Source: Mobula hypostoma
Taxonomy: Eukaryota
DNA: 64,000 bases
Reading direction: 5' to 3'
Assembly: GCF_963921235.1 (NCBI RefSeq)
Contig: NC_086097.1
Span: forward strand, 132,806,001 to 132,870,000
In this document: one piece after another, positions 1 through 11,135 of the stretch
Layout of the letters: every line of letters begins with the position of its first letter
Position numbering within the stretch: the first letter of the stretch is position 1
The notes under the pieces: model-generated
The model's database searches: none
Told to the model about the DNA's origin: nothing
Seen by the model: only the letters and a program-made list of their open reading frames with translations
Program-made: the position numbers and the translations under genes

Positions 1-730
1 AGGTGGCTTTCCAAAAGTCAAAGGAAATGGTGATGTCAGAGACTGTACTCACACATTATAATCCATATGGTCCAGTGAAGCTTGCCTTATGGTATAGGTG
101 CAGTCATGTCACATGCTATGAGTGATGAAAGTGAACACCTCATTACCTTTGCATCACTTTCCCTTACCGCTGCAGAGAAAAGTTACGCACAGATTGACGG
201 AGAGGCCTTGAGTCTGGTTTGGGGTGCAAAATGTTACAACCAGTACTTGGATGAGAAAGTTTACTATCGTTACTGGGCATAAACCACTGGTGTCCATTTT
301 CAATCCACAGAAGAGCGTTCCACTAACAGCAGAAGCAAAAATGCAGAGATGGGCTCTGTTTTCAGAGGAAACAATTACAAGATCAAATTCAAGAGGACAA
401 CTAATCATGGAATTGCTGATGGATTGTCCCGTTTACCCTTGAAAAAGGAAATACCTGAAAAATTTACAAAGGAGGACACTGCTCTTGACCTATTCTCCCT
501 AATGTAAATTGGACGTTCCTCTATCATGACAGAGATGATCCAATGGGAAACTAGAAAAGACTCCACACTGTCTCAAGTCTACATGGCAATCCAAAGTGGC
601 TGAAATGTGCAGCAGAAATTCCAGTTCTCCAATTTTTTTTAAACCGGATCCAGTTTGAACTTGCCCTGGTTGGGGGTTGTCTTGAGTGGGGACTGAGAGT
701 TGTTGTACTATCCAAGCTGAGAAGTAAAGT
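1..730 (+). mobile_element. Ty3/Gypsy LTR retrotransposon pol remnant (RT/RNase H region), frameshifted
   Basis: ORFs 82-282 (PYGIGAVMSH...FASLSLTAAEKSYAQIDGEALSLVWG) and 224-442 (KFTIVTGHKPLVSIFNP...MQRWAL) are typical Gypsy RNase H motifs split across frames. Confidence 0.85.
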
Positions 731-987
731 GGTATGGCAGCATTGTGGTTAGCACAACACTTCACAGTGTAGACAGCCTGGGTTCAATCCCTTCTGCTGC
801 CTGTAAGGAGTTTGTACTTTCTCCCCATGAACACGAGGGTTTTCTCTGGGTGCTCCAGTTTCCTCCCACAGTCCAAAGACGTACCAGTGGGCAGGTCATT
901 ATAAATTGTCCCATGATTAGGCTCAGGTTAAGTTGGGAGTTACTGGGTGGTGTGACTCAAAGGGCTGGAAGGGGCTATTGTTCTCAA

Positions 988-990
<3 letters not shown>
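731..990 (+). mobile_element. tRNA-derived V-SINE (HE1-like)
   Basis: A/B-box-like head (GTGGTTAGC...GGTTCAATCCC), V-domain core (TGTAAGGAGTTTGTAC...GGGTGCTCCAGTTTCCTCCCACAGTCCAAAGAC), ends in the (AAAT)n tail. Confidence 0.85.
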
Positions 991-1066
<76 letters not shown>

Positions 1067-1080
1067 ATAGATGAATAAAT
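986..1080 (+). repeat. (AAAT)n microsatellite, expanded SINE tail
   Basis: About 20 near-perfect AAAT units directly after the SINE. Confidence 0.98.
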
Positions 1081-1102
1081 GACTTTTCTATGTTTTTATA
1101 TA

Positions 1103-4100
1103 CAATGGATTCCCACTAATTAGGTCATCAGTTAATCAGGAAAGCTGCTTATTTGGGACAACTCTTATAAAAACAAAAATTACTCGAGAAGATAGCCAGG
1201 ATTCCTTATAATTACTTGGGGCACTATGCCACTTAAAGGGCGGGAGACTGTTGCCGAAGTTTTTAACTAGTGTCAGATAATATAAGAACATAAGAAATAG
1301 GAGCAGGAGTTGGCCATCTGGCCCTTCAAGCCTACTCCGCCATTCAATAAGATCATGGCTGGTCATGAACACATCTCCACCTATCTGCCTTTTCCCCATA
1401 ACCTTTAATTCCCCGAATATGCAAAAATCTATCGAACTTTGTCTTAAATATATTTACTGAGGTAGTCTCCACTGCTTCACTGAGTAGAGTATTCCACGGA
1501 TTCACCACTCTCTGGGAAAAGCAGTTCTTCCTCAACTCCGTCCTAAATCTACTCCCCCAAATCCTGAGGCTATGTCCCATAGTTCTAGTCTCACCTACCA
1601 GTGGAAACAACCTTCCTGCCTCTATTTTATCTATCCCTTTCATAATTTTATATGTTTTATAAGATCTCCTCTCATTCTTCTGAATTCCAGTGAGTACAGT
1701 CCCAAGTGACTCAATCTCTCTTCATAGACTAACCACCTCATCTCTGGAATCAACCTGGTGAACCTCCTCTGCACCACCTCCAAAGCCAGTATATCCTTCT
1801 TCAAGTAAGGAGACCAGAATTGCATCCAGTACTCCAGGTGTGGCCTCACCAGTACCCTGTACAGATACAGCATAACCTCTCTGCTCTTCAATTCAATCCC
1901 TCTAGCAATGAAGGCCAACATTCCATTTGCCTTCTGCAAACCAACCTTTTGTGATTCATGCACAAGCACTCCCAAGTCCCTCTGCACAGCAGCATGCTTC
2001 AATTTTTTACCATTTGAATAATAATCTGCTCTTTCACTTTTCCTTCCAAAGTGGATGACCTCGCATTTACCAACATTGTACTCCATCTGCCAGACCCTTG
2101 CCCTCTCATTTAACCTATCTATATCTCTCTGTAGAACTGTCCGTATCGTCTGCACGATTCGCTTTTCCACTCAATTTAGTATCATCAGCAAACTTAGATA
2201 CACTACACTCAGCTCTCTCTTCCAGATCATTAATATACAGTATATTGTGAACAGTTGCGGGCCCAGCACCAACCCCTGCAGCACTCCACTCACCACTGAT
2301 TGCCAACCAGAGTAACACCCATGTATCCCAACTCTCTGCTTTCTATTAGTTAACGAATCCTTTATCCATGCTAGTACATCACTCCCAGCTCTATGCATCC
2401 TTATCTTATGGATAAGTCTTTTATGTGGCACCTTATCGAACACCTTCTGGAAATCCAATTAAATAACGTCCATCTGTTCCCCTCTATCCTCTGCACTCAT
2501 TATATCTTCAAAGAACTCCAGTAAGGTTGTCAAACAGGACCTACCTTTGGTGAATCCATGCTGCATCTCCCTGATGGATCAATTTTTTTCCAGATGCTTT
2601 GCTATTTCTTCTTTAATGATAGCTTCAAGCATTTTCCCAACTACAGATGCTAAACTAACTGGCCTATAGTTACCTGCCTTTTGCCTACATCCTTTTTGAT
2701 CAGTGGCATGACATTCACCATCTTCCATTCCTCCGGGACCTGCCCAGAGTCCAGAGCATTTTGGTAAGGCATCACCAAAGCCTTTACTATAACTTCTGCC
2801 ATTTTTTTCAGTACCCTGGGGTGCATTCCTTCAGGACCAGGGGACTTATCTATCTTCAGGCCCACAAGTTTACTCAGCACTACCTCTTTAGTGAAAGCTA
2901 TTGTATCGAGGTTCTCACCTCCGATCGCATCCATAACATCTCTCTTTGGCATGTTAGATGCGACATCCACTGTGAAAACTGACAAAAAATGGTCATTCAA
3001 AGCATCGGCCATTTCCTCATTACCCAAAATCAATTCCCCCTTCTTGTCCTCCAAGGGACCTCTACTCATTTTAGTCATCCTTTTCTGCTTTATGTAATTA
3101 TAAAAACTTTTACTATCAGATTTTATATTTTGTGCTTGTTTATTTTCACAATCTAGCTTCCCTTTCTTTATTGCTCGCTTAGTGGTACTTTGTTGCTTTG
3201 TAAAGATTTCCCAATCTTCCAGTTTGCCACTACTCTTGGTGACTTCATATGCACAGGCTTTTAGTTTAATGCCTCCTTTTACCTCCTTAGTTATCCAGGC
3301 TGGCTTTTCCTATCCTTACTGTCCTTGCTTTTAACTAGAATATACTTCTGTTGAGCACCATGAAAAATCTCTTTGAAAGTTTTCAATTGTTCCTCAACTG
3401 TCCCACCGTATAGCTTGTGTTCCCAGTCTACACTAGCCAAATCCTCCCTCATCCCATTGTAGTCTTCATTGTCTAGGGATAGTACACTGGTTTTGGATTG
3501 AACTATTGCACCCGCCGTTTGTATGAGAAATTCAATCATACTGTGATCACTTTTTCCAAGTGGCTCCCTAACTACAAAATCACTAATTTTACCTGTCTCA
3601 TTGCACAGGTCCCGACCTAAGATAGCATATTCCCTTTTAGGTTTAGTAACGTGCTGTTCAAGAAAGCCATCAAGTATGCATTCTGTGAAGTCCTCCTCAA
3701 GACTGCCTTGTCCTACTTGATTCACTCAATCTATATGCAAGTTAAAGCTCCCCATGGTAACTGCTGTTCCGTTCTTACATGTCTCAGATATTTCTGTGTT
3801 TATTGCCTATGCCCCTGCAATGTTATTATTCAGTGGCCGATAGATAACTCACTCCAGTGAATTTTTCCCTTTACTATTCCTAATCTCTACCCAGATGGAT
3901 TCAACATTCTGCTCCTTAGATCTTATATCATCTCTCACCATCACCCTGATCTCATCTTTAATTAAGAGCACCACCCACCTCCCTTACCTTCTTGCTTATC
4001 CTTCTATGTTACCCGATATCCTTGGATATTTAATTCCCAATCCTCTCGACCCTGCAACCACATCTTTGTAATGGCCACTAAATCATACATCTTTGTACTG

Positions 4101-5104
4101 ATTTGAGCCACAAGTTCACTGACTTTGTTTTGTATACTATGGGCATTCCAATAAAGTGCCCTTACGCTCATTGTGCTATTAAAATCTTGTAATCTTTTAC
4201 TCTTTTGCACTTGACTTTTCTTCACTCCACTCTTACCTTTCTCTTTTTTATCTTTTGTTTTTTCTTTATCTTTATCCACACTTTTCTCGTTTACTTTATC
4301 CATACTTCTCCAATCTGTTGAACCCACCCCCCTACTATCCATAGCCCTAGTTACGCAATTAGCCAGGATTCAGGTCCCATCACGGTTCAGGGAAGCCTGT
4401 CCCATTGGTACAACTCCCTCCTTCCCCAATATTGGTGCCAATTTCCCATGAATTCAAATCGATTGGAATGCCACTAATGCATGCATTTGTGGCCATTAAA
4501 CACTACACTATACTTAGAGTGAATAGTGATTTGATAGCATCAGTTGCATGTGTTTCTGTTCAAAAAAGTAGTGATTTTTGTCACTGATAGCTGGCGAGAA
4601 ATAAGCAGTAAGACTATTCAGAACTGCTTTGCTCACTGCACTTTCAAACACTCAGAAATGTCCGGGAGTGAACATGAAATGATTCCGTTACTTCAACAAG
4701 ATAGGAACTACGAAGAATTTGAAGTTATCAACAATCACCTTGAATGCTACAATGAAAATGAAGATTTGGAAGATGTAATAATCGAATGCGTTGTTTGAAG
4801 GCACTCCATTATCTGCATTTAGGTGCCTGCGCGGATTTTGTTCATTCACAGTCAATCACAAAGATATGGCAGCATTCATAACTATTAGGAATTAGAGTTT
4901 TATAGTACCACAGTAGTATTGTTAACACTTCAATTTGTTCTGTATTTCATTTAAATATGTAACTGGCTACTTAGTTACAGTAGGTTTGCCTTTTTTTATG
5001 GGTTTTTAAATATTTCCATGAAACCACAGCTAATTGGGACAGCTGCTTAATTGGGCCAAAGTGTATTGGTCCCTGTGCATCCCAACTAACCAGAATCCAC
5101 TTTG
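1103..5104 (+). mobile_element. Tigger/pogo-like non-autonomous DNA transposon (1103-1278 + 4461-5104), split by a CR1 insertion
   Basis: Degenerate TIRs TA|CAATGGATTCCCACTAATTAGG and CCCAACTAACCAGAATCCACTTTG. ORF 4544-4798 (DSWREISSKTIQNCF...EDLEDVIIECV) resembles the Tigger transposase C-terminus. Confidence 0.7.
1279..4460 (-). mobile_element. CR1-clade LINE (ORF2: APE endonuclease + RT), frameshifted
   Basis: Minus-strand ORFs: YWNAHSIQNK...YDLVAIT (EN), PLGKSDHSMIEF, KSPGPEGMHPRVLK, DFQKVFDKVPH, SKFADDTKL, VRPHLEY. 3' tail (TTCTTATG)-type at ~1280. Confidence 0.95.
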
Positions 5105-5677
5105 TGTGTGTGTATGTATATATATATATAGCATATTTTATATATTGTACTGTGCTGCGGCCACAACACAACAAATTTCACGACATATGTTAATCATAAT
5201 ACATCTGATTCTAATTCAGTTTTTGGCAACTCTTAAATCTCTTAAATTGACCTCTTGTATGATAAATAGACTCTTAACCTCATAACCTACTTTATCACGG
5301 CTTTACATGTTATTGTAACACTGCAACACTATATTTTGCATTCTGTAATTGAATTCCCCCTTGCATTTCCTCAATGTACTGAGTTGATGAAATGAGCTGC
5401 ATGGATGGCATGTAAAACAAAGTTTTTCATTGTACTTTGGTACGTATGATGATAAGAAACCAATTAATAAGCCAATAACTAGCTGACAGCGATTGCATTC
5501 AGTGATTGAGTAATAATGTCAAGAATTGGCAATGCAAATTATCCCAAGTCCTGTAGTATAAACCTTGGCCACTGTGTGGTAGTGTCCACACTCTAATGGT
5601 GGCTGAAAGGCTGGAAACCCACTGTTTGCTGCAGTGCCTCTTGTGACTACTTGCATCCAGGTTCATTCCTAGCAAAC

Positions 5678-5881
5678 AAGAGAAAATCTGCAGATGCTGG
5701 AAATGCAAGCAACACAACAAAATGCTGGAGGAACTCAGCAGCCAGGAGGCATCTATAGGAAAAAGTGCAGTCACCATTTCGAGAGTCCTGCCAAAGGATC
5801 TTCACCCAAAATATCGACTGCGCTTTTTTCCATAGATGCTGTTTGGCCTGCTGAGTTCCTCCAGCGTTTTGTGTGTGTTGC
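5678..5881. mobile_element. Penelope-terminus-derived fold-back insertion with 15-bp TSD
   Basis: Inverted copies of the PLE terminus (ATGCTGGAGGAACTCAGCAG / CTGCTGAGTTCCTCCAGCGT). Flanks TCATTCCTAGCAAAC (5663-5677) and TCATTCCTGGCAAAC (5882-5896). Confidence 0.8.
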
Positions 5882-6193
5882 TCATTCCTGGCAAACTAAC
5901 TTTGATTGGTATGTTCTGTTTAATTGAAAATTTGCATCAACGTTATGTTAGAGCAGTTATTCTCCTTCCTTTTCAATGAGAACTGGGACAAAATACGATT
6001 TAAAACTCTTAAGGAAGTTAACATCAATAATATTGTCTTAAAATTCCACTCTATTGCACAGCATCCTTGATACCCTTGTCACCTGCCCCTCCACTTTCCC
6101 TTTAATTTATGTTCCATTACAACGCGGAAAGAAGCCATTTAGCCCATTGAGTCCATACCAGCTCTCCAAGAAACACCATCCCCCACATACTTC

Positions 6194-6636
6194 CAGGGGT
6201 GCAGTGGTAGCCGGAGCACTCTGAAACGCGTTCAGCACCTCTTTAAGAAAAAAGCCGAAATAAACAAGCTAATTAATTAGGTGCCGCCCAGGGTGATTTG
6301 AGTCTCTCAGAAACTGCTGATCTCCTGGGATTTTTACGCACAACAGACTCTGGAGTTTACAAAGAATGGTGCCAAAAACAAAAAAAAGCCAGCGAGTGGC
6401 TGCTCCATGAGCAAAAACATCTTGTTAAATTCACTCGCTGGATTTTTTTTTTGCTTTTGGCACCATTCTTTGTAAACTCCAAAGTGTGTAGTGTGTAAAA
6501 ATCCCAGGAGATCAGAAGTTTCTGAGAGACTCAAATCACCCAGGGCGGCACCTAATTAATTAGCTTGTTTATTTCGGCTTTTTTCTTAGAGGTGCCAAAC
6601 GTGTTTCAGAGCACTCCAGCTACCACTGCACCCCTG
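6194..6636. mobile_element. hAT-type fold-back MITE with ~200-bp arms containing a Tc1 transposase fragment
   Basis: Starts CAGGGGTGCAGTGGTAG and ends CTACCACTGCACCCCTG. Perfect 8-bp TSD CATACTTC (6186-6193, 6637-6644). Mirror ORFs MSLSETADLLGF.RTT..GVYKEW on both strands. Confidence 0.88.
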
Positions 6637-6989
6637 CATACTTCCCTGTAACATCCTCTCTCTTGAATAGCCATCGACTCCCTCCCACTGAGCGCTCCAT
6701 AAGGTTGGTTATCTTTGCTCTAGAAGGAAAAGCAGAGGAGAAGTTTAAAGTCAAAGGCTGTTCAACAGGACAAAGCAGGAGGAAACCAAGTTGAAGGCTT
6801 CAGCTGACTAAGAGACCCTGAAATGTGAACCCTATTTTTCTTCCTACAGATGTGACTGCCCTGCTGAGCACTTACGATATTTTCTGTTTTTGTTTACAAA
6901 AACAGCCTGGCGTTTCGATATCTTCAGGTGTGGCCTGGCACGTGTGTGCCTCTGGGATGCAGCCCTGTGGATGACCAGATTCTTTGCTG

Positions 6990-7402
6990 ATAGCACCAAA
7001 TGAAGTGCTGTGCGAGATTGTAACATCGAAACAGCCAGCTGTTGGTTTCCCCTCCTGTCGTGACAGGAGCGATATCTCTCTCTCTCCCTTGTTGGTGAGA
7101 GAGAGTCTGTCTGACATATCAAAGTGTTGGGATGGGCAGTAGTTTTTGATGGAATCTAGATCATGGGTTTTGGGACCTTAGCTATTGCTTGCCAGGTGGG
7201 TGATGGTGGTTGATGTTTTCGCTGGAGCAAGTGGGGGAAGGGTTAATGCTTTTGCTGCTGCTTGTGTGTGGGGTGGGAGATTAGGAGCTCTAATTTTTTT
7301 TGTGATTCATTCTTTGAGGTTTTTTCTGTTTTGTGGATGTCTACAAAGTATAAGAATTTCAGGTTGTAGACTGTATACTTGCTCTGATATTAAATTGAAC
7401 CG
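6990..7402 (+). mobile_element. Non-autonomous retroelement fragment with Rex1/Babar-like 3' tail (same family as 32340-33050)
   Basis: 7020-7120 aligns by eye to the reverse complement of 32650-32760. Tail AAGAATTTCAGGTTGTA...ATTAAATTGAACC. Confidence 0.6.
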
Positions 7403-7482
7403 TTGTTCCTCTTGCCAGTTCTTACTGTCCTCTGTCGGGTCTTGTGGTCTGACACCTTGCATCTTCCATACCACACAATGAT

Positions 7483-10112
7483 GCAGTCAGACAGGAGATT
7501 CTTGACGGTGCTCCTGAAGAAAGTTCTTAGAATTGTGTTTGGATAGCCTTGCATGCCTCAGTCTCCTCAGAAAGTGTAGATGCTGCTGTACCTGCTTGAC
7601 CAATGAGGAGATGTTGTGTGTCCAGGGTAAATCATCCGTTTTGTGCACACCAAGGAACTTTGTGCTCTTCACTCTCTCCACAGCAGAGCCATGTGGTCAA
7701 CCTGCACCTTTCGGAATTTCAAAATCATTTCTTCTGCTTTATCTACTTTGAGGAACAGGTTGTTATTTTACCGCCATTTGACAAGCCTCTCTACCTCTCC
7801 TCTGTATGCTAACTCATTATTGTTACCGATGAGGCCAACCACCATTGCTTCATTGGTGAATTTGATGATGCATCTTGAGCTGGATCTGGCACTGCAATCG
7901 TAAGTCAGCAGCATGAACAGCAGGGGGCACCAGTGCTCAGTGTAACGGAACTTGCGATGCAGTCAGACACCCTGACAACTTGCATTGATTGAGATCTTTC
8001 TGTCAAAAAGTCCAAGATACAGTTACAGAGAGGGGTGCAGAGTCTCAACAAAAACTGTTTACTCACCAGTCTCTGAGGGGGTGATCATGCTAAAAGCTGA
8101 GCTGAAGTCAATGAACAACATCCTGGTGCATGAAGTATCATGTTCTAGATGTGAAAGGACAAATTGAAGGGCTGAAGCTTTGGTACCATCAGGGGACTGG
8201 TTTGCATGGTAGGTAAAGAGAAAAGGGTCGAATGTAGCTGGAAGATGGGGTTTCATACAGTCCATCACCAGCCATTCTAAAAACACTTCATGATTGTTGA
8301 AGTTAGTATCACTGAGCCATAATTCTTAGGTCATTTCCTGTCACTACCTTAGGCACCAGAAAGACTGTGGTTGCCTTGAAGCCTGCAGGGACAGTGGAAT
8401 GTTTCAAAGAAATATTTTTATTTTATTTAGAGATACAGCACAGAAAGGCCCTTCCAGCCATCTGAGCTGTGCAATTCTGCAAGCCTCCATTTTAATCTCA
8501 GCCTAATCACAGAACAGTTTACATTGACCATTTAACCCACTAACCAATAGGCATTTGGATTGTGGTTTTGGGTCAAGACCTCTGTTAGCTGGGCTGTACA
8601 GACCCTCAACACCTGATCAGATATGTTGCCCTGACCCACAGCTTTGTGTGAGTTTACCCTGGCTAGGATCCTCCTCACCTTGGCTCTGGCTGGACAGGGT
8701 ACCTGTTCTTCAGGGAAAGGGGGGACTTTTCTCAATATCACATCATTCGTTGTGTCAAATCAAGCACAGAAAGCATTCAGCCAATCAGAAAGGGGCATCG
8801 CTGTTGTTGATTCGCAGGGTGGACTTGTAATCTCTCATGGTTTGTATCCAGTACCTTGCAACATGCGCCGCGTGTCGCTGTTGTCACAAAGGTGTTTGTG
8901 GATTTTCTGTGAGAACTCTCGCTTTGCCTTCCTGATGGCATGGGAGAGTGCAGCTCTTGCTGACCATAGAGTCGTCTTACCCCCGATCTGAAGGCAGCGT
9001 CCTGATCCCTAAGCTGTGCACGAACCTCTGCAGTCAGGCGTGGTTTCTGCTTTTCCCTGGCAGTGTGGTGTTTAATCACAGTAACATCCTCAGTGTAGCC
9101 AGTCTCCAATCCCTCACATTCATCACTGTTGACGTGACGATTGTAGGCAGCTGCCTCCCTGAATATGCTCCAGTCCATGCTTTCGAATCGTTCCTGCAGT
9201 GCTGAAGTGGCACCTTCTGGCCAGGTCCTGATCTCCTTGTAAACCGGTTTAACTTGTTTAACCAGTGGCCTATATGCAGGGATTAGATAGGTGTTCTGAG
9301 CGTCCAAGGTGAGGCTGGGGGTGGGGGACAGTGTGTTGCCTTGTAGGTTCCATGCATATTGGTGTAAACCAAGTCTAGTATATTCCCTCCTCTGATGCAA
9401 AGTTGGCATTGTGGTAGAACTTTGGCAGGACTGTTTTCAATTGGCACGATTGAAGTTACCAACAATGAAGATTCCAGTGGGGTGAGTGACTTCGAGGTCA
9501 CAGGCGTTGCTTTAGAGCTCCTGCATTGCCTCCCCAGCACTAGTACAGGGGGCATGAAAACACCAGTTCTTATTGATATAGACACACAGACCTCTTCTAC
9601 GAGTCTTGCCAGAAATTGCAGCATTCCTGTCCACCCGAAAGAAGATTAGACCTTCTGGCTGATGATCAAGTCTGAAATGGTGTCCTGGAACAACGTTTCT
9701 GTCAGGACAAGTAAGCAACATTCCCTCATCTCCTGCAGATGTGGGTAATCCATCTTACTTTCTAGTGATCGGACATCAGCGAGTGGAATTGTCGGGAGCG
9801 CAAGCCTGCGTTATGTCTCATTCGAATGCCGGCATGCTTACTGCATTTCTGTGTTCTCCCACTCCATTTCCGGCAGTCACTTCCCAAAGTAGCTGTAGCA
9901 GGCCACGGCACAGAACGAGGACCCACTCCACGCTTTAGACCATAACTGCACAGCACCTTCGTTGCCCCGCTCGCTGGTGAGGTAGACTTGCAGATTTTAG
10001 TGTACCTTATGATCAGCAGTGTTTTTCAATCATAGTAAAAATGAACTGGACAAGAAATTTCACCATTTATTGCAGCCGGAATGGCTTCAGTGACCGTGTG
10101 TGCCATCATCTT
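7483..10112 (-). mobile_element. Rex1/Babar-clade LINE, degenerate, 3'-truncated
   Basis: ORFs: GKTRRRGLCVYINKNWC and RGGNILDLVYTN (EN); RMLFIDFSSAF; ERVKSTKFLGVH...HLHFLRRLR (RT). Confidence 0.9.
8415..8560 (-). mobile_element. 3' half of a V-SINE inserted in the Rex1 element
   Basis: TTTATTTAGAGATACAGCACAG...GCCTAATCACAG...ATTGACCATT is the reverse complement of the SINE 3' half seen at 890-990. Confidence 0.7.
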
Positions 10113-10184
10113 GTGACGTAATCAAAAACCAAATGGTTGAAGGGAACTTAGTGGTGTGGGGCATCGGTACAATGTATGTCCTGC

Positions 10185-10424
10185 TTAATGTAGTTGCAAG
10201 AAGCTGGCATGGCCCAAATGGTGAAGATCCTTGGTAGATATTGCCTTCTTAAGGCAATACCTCATGTAGATATTTCTATCACTGGGGAGGGATGGGTCTG
10301 TGTTGTACTGGGCTGCGACCACTAATGTCTGCAGTTTCTTGCATCCAAGTAACCGTACCAGATCATGGTGCAACCAGTCAAAGTAAGTTGTAGAACTCAC
10401 TACCCCAGTAGCAAGAACTGTCAA
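10185..10424 (-). mobile_element. Rex1/Babar 3' ORF fragment
   Basis: KKLQTLVVAAQYNT..SLPS...IY.RYCLKKA...DLHHLGHASF C-terminal motif. Confidence 0.7.
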
Positions 10425-10989
10425 TGCTCACACAACTATGCAAGTGCCAGGCAACTGTGAACTTCTGTCCCCTACTCTGAATAGCATTATGGAGACAGAA
10501 AAAAGAAATGAGGAGCAGGGTTTATGTTATGGTACCAGGAGCTCCACTCCTGGAATGTCCAGAAACCTGGACAAGCCAGAGGTTGCCAGTAGCTTGTAAT
10601 TATGAAGTTTCTTATTTCATTGGTCGGATTCCTGGAAGTTTCATCAAAGAGACTCCCACCTGCGGGAGGAATGGAGATTATTTAATTTACATGGTAATGA
10701 TGAATGCTGGCATTCAGAGGGATCATGGTGTCTAAGTATATGCAGGAGGAGCAATAATTAAGCAAGTAGCATCTACCTGGACCCTGTTGCTTAGAATCAA
10801 TCTTCATTGCTTTCATCTGAGGTCATTGGCTGAACCTGTGAATTAATTGTGTAAGCAAATCACAAAAAAAAAACAAACGATTATTCCTACAAGACTTGAA
10901 CCAGAGTGGCAGTCAATTCATCTGCCAATAGATTTCCTTTATAAGACCGCTACTGAGTGCAAGAATTGCACTTCAACCCTTGGATCCTG

Positions 10990-11135
10990 CTTGTCTCCTG
11001 TGGCCTACAATATTGTTTAATTATACAAAGGCAATGAATTTCCTGCATTGTCCCTCAACCAATGATCATTTATTATCATATTGCTGCTTGTGGGAACTTG
11101 CTGTACCATCTTTGGCTGCTATATTTCCTCCAGCA
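10990..11135 (+). mobile_element. Deu-domain SINE remnant (DeuSINE; SacSINE1/AmnSINE1-like)
   Basis: TCCCTCAACCAA...TTATCATATTGCTGCTTGTGGGAACTTGCTGT...TTGGCTGC..ATTTCCT resembles my recollection of the Deu domain. Confidence 0.6.

Noticed and set aside
6194..6636. Palindrome as an assembly artefact or miRNA gene
   Set aside because: The arms have diverged by several substitutions and indels and are bounded by an 8-bp TSD, consistent with a real MITE.
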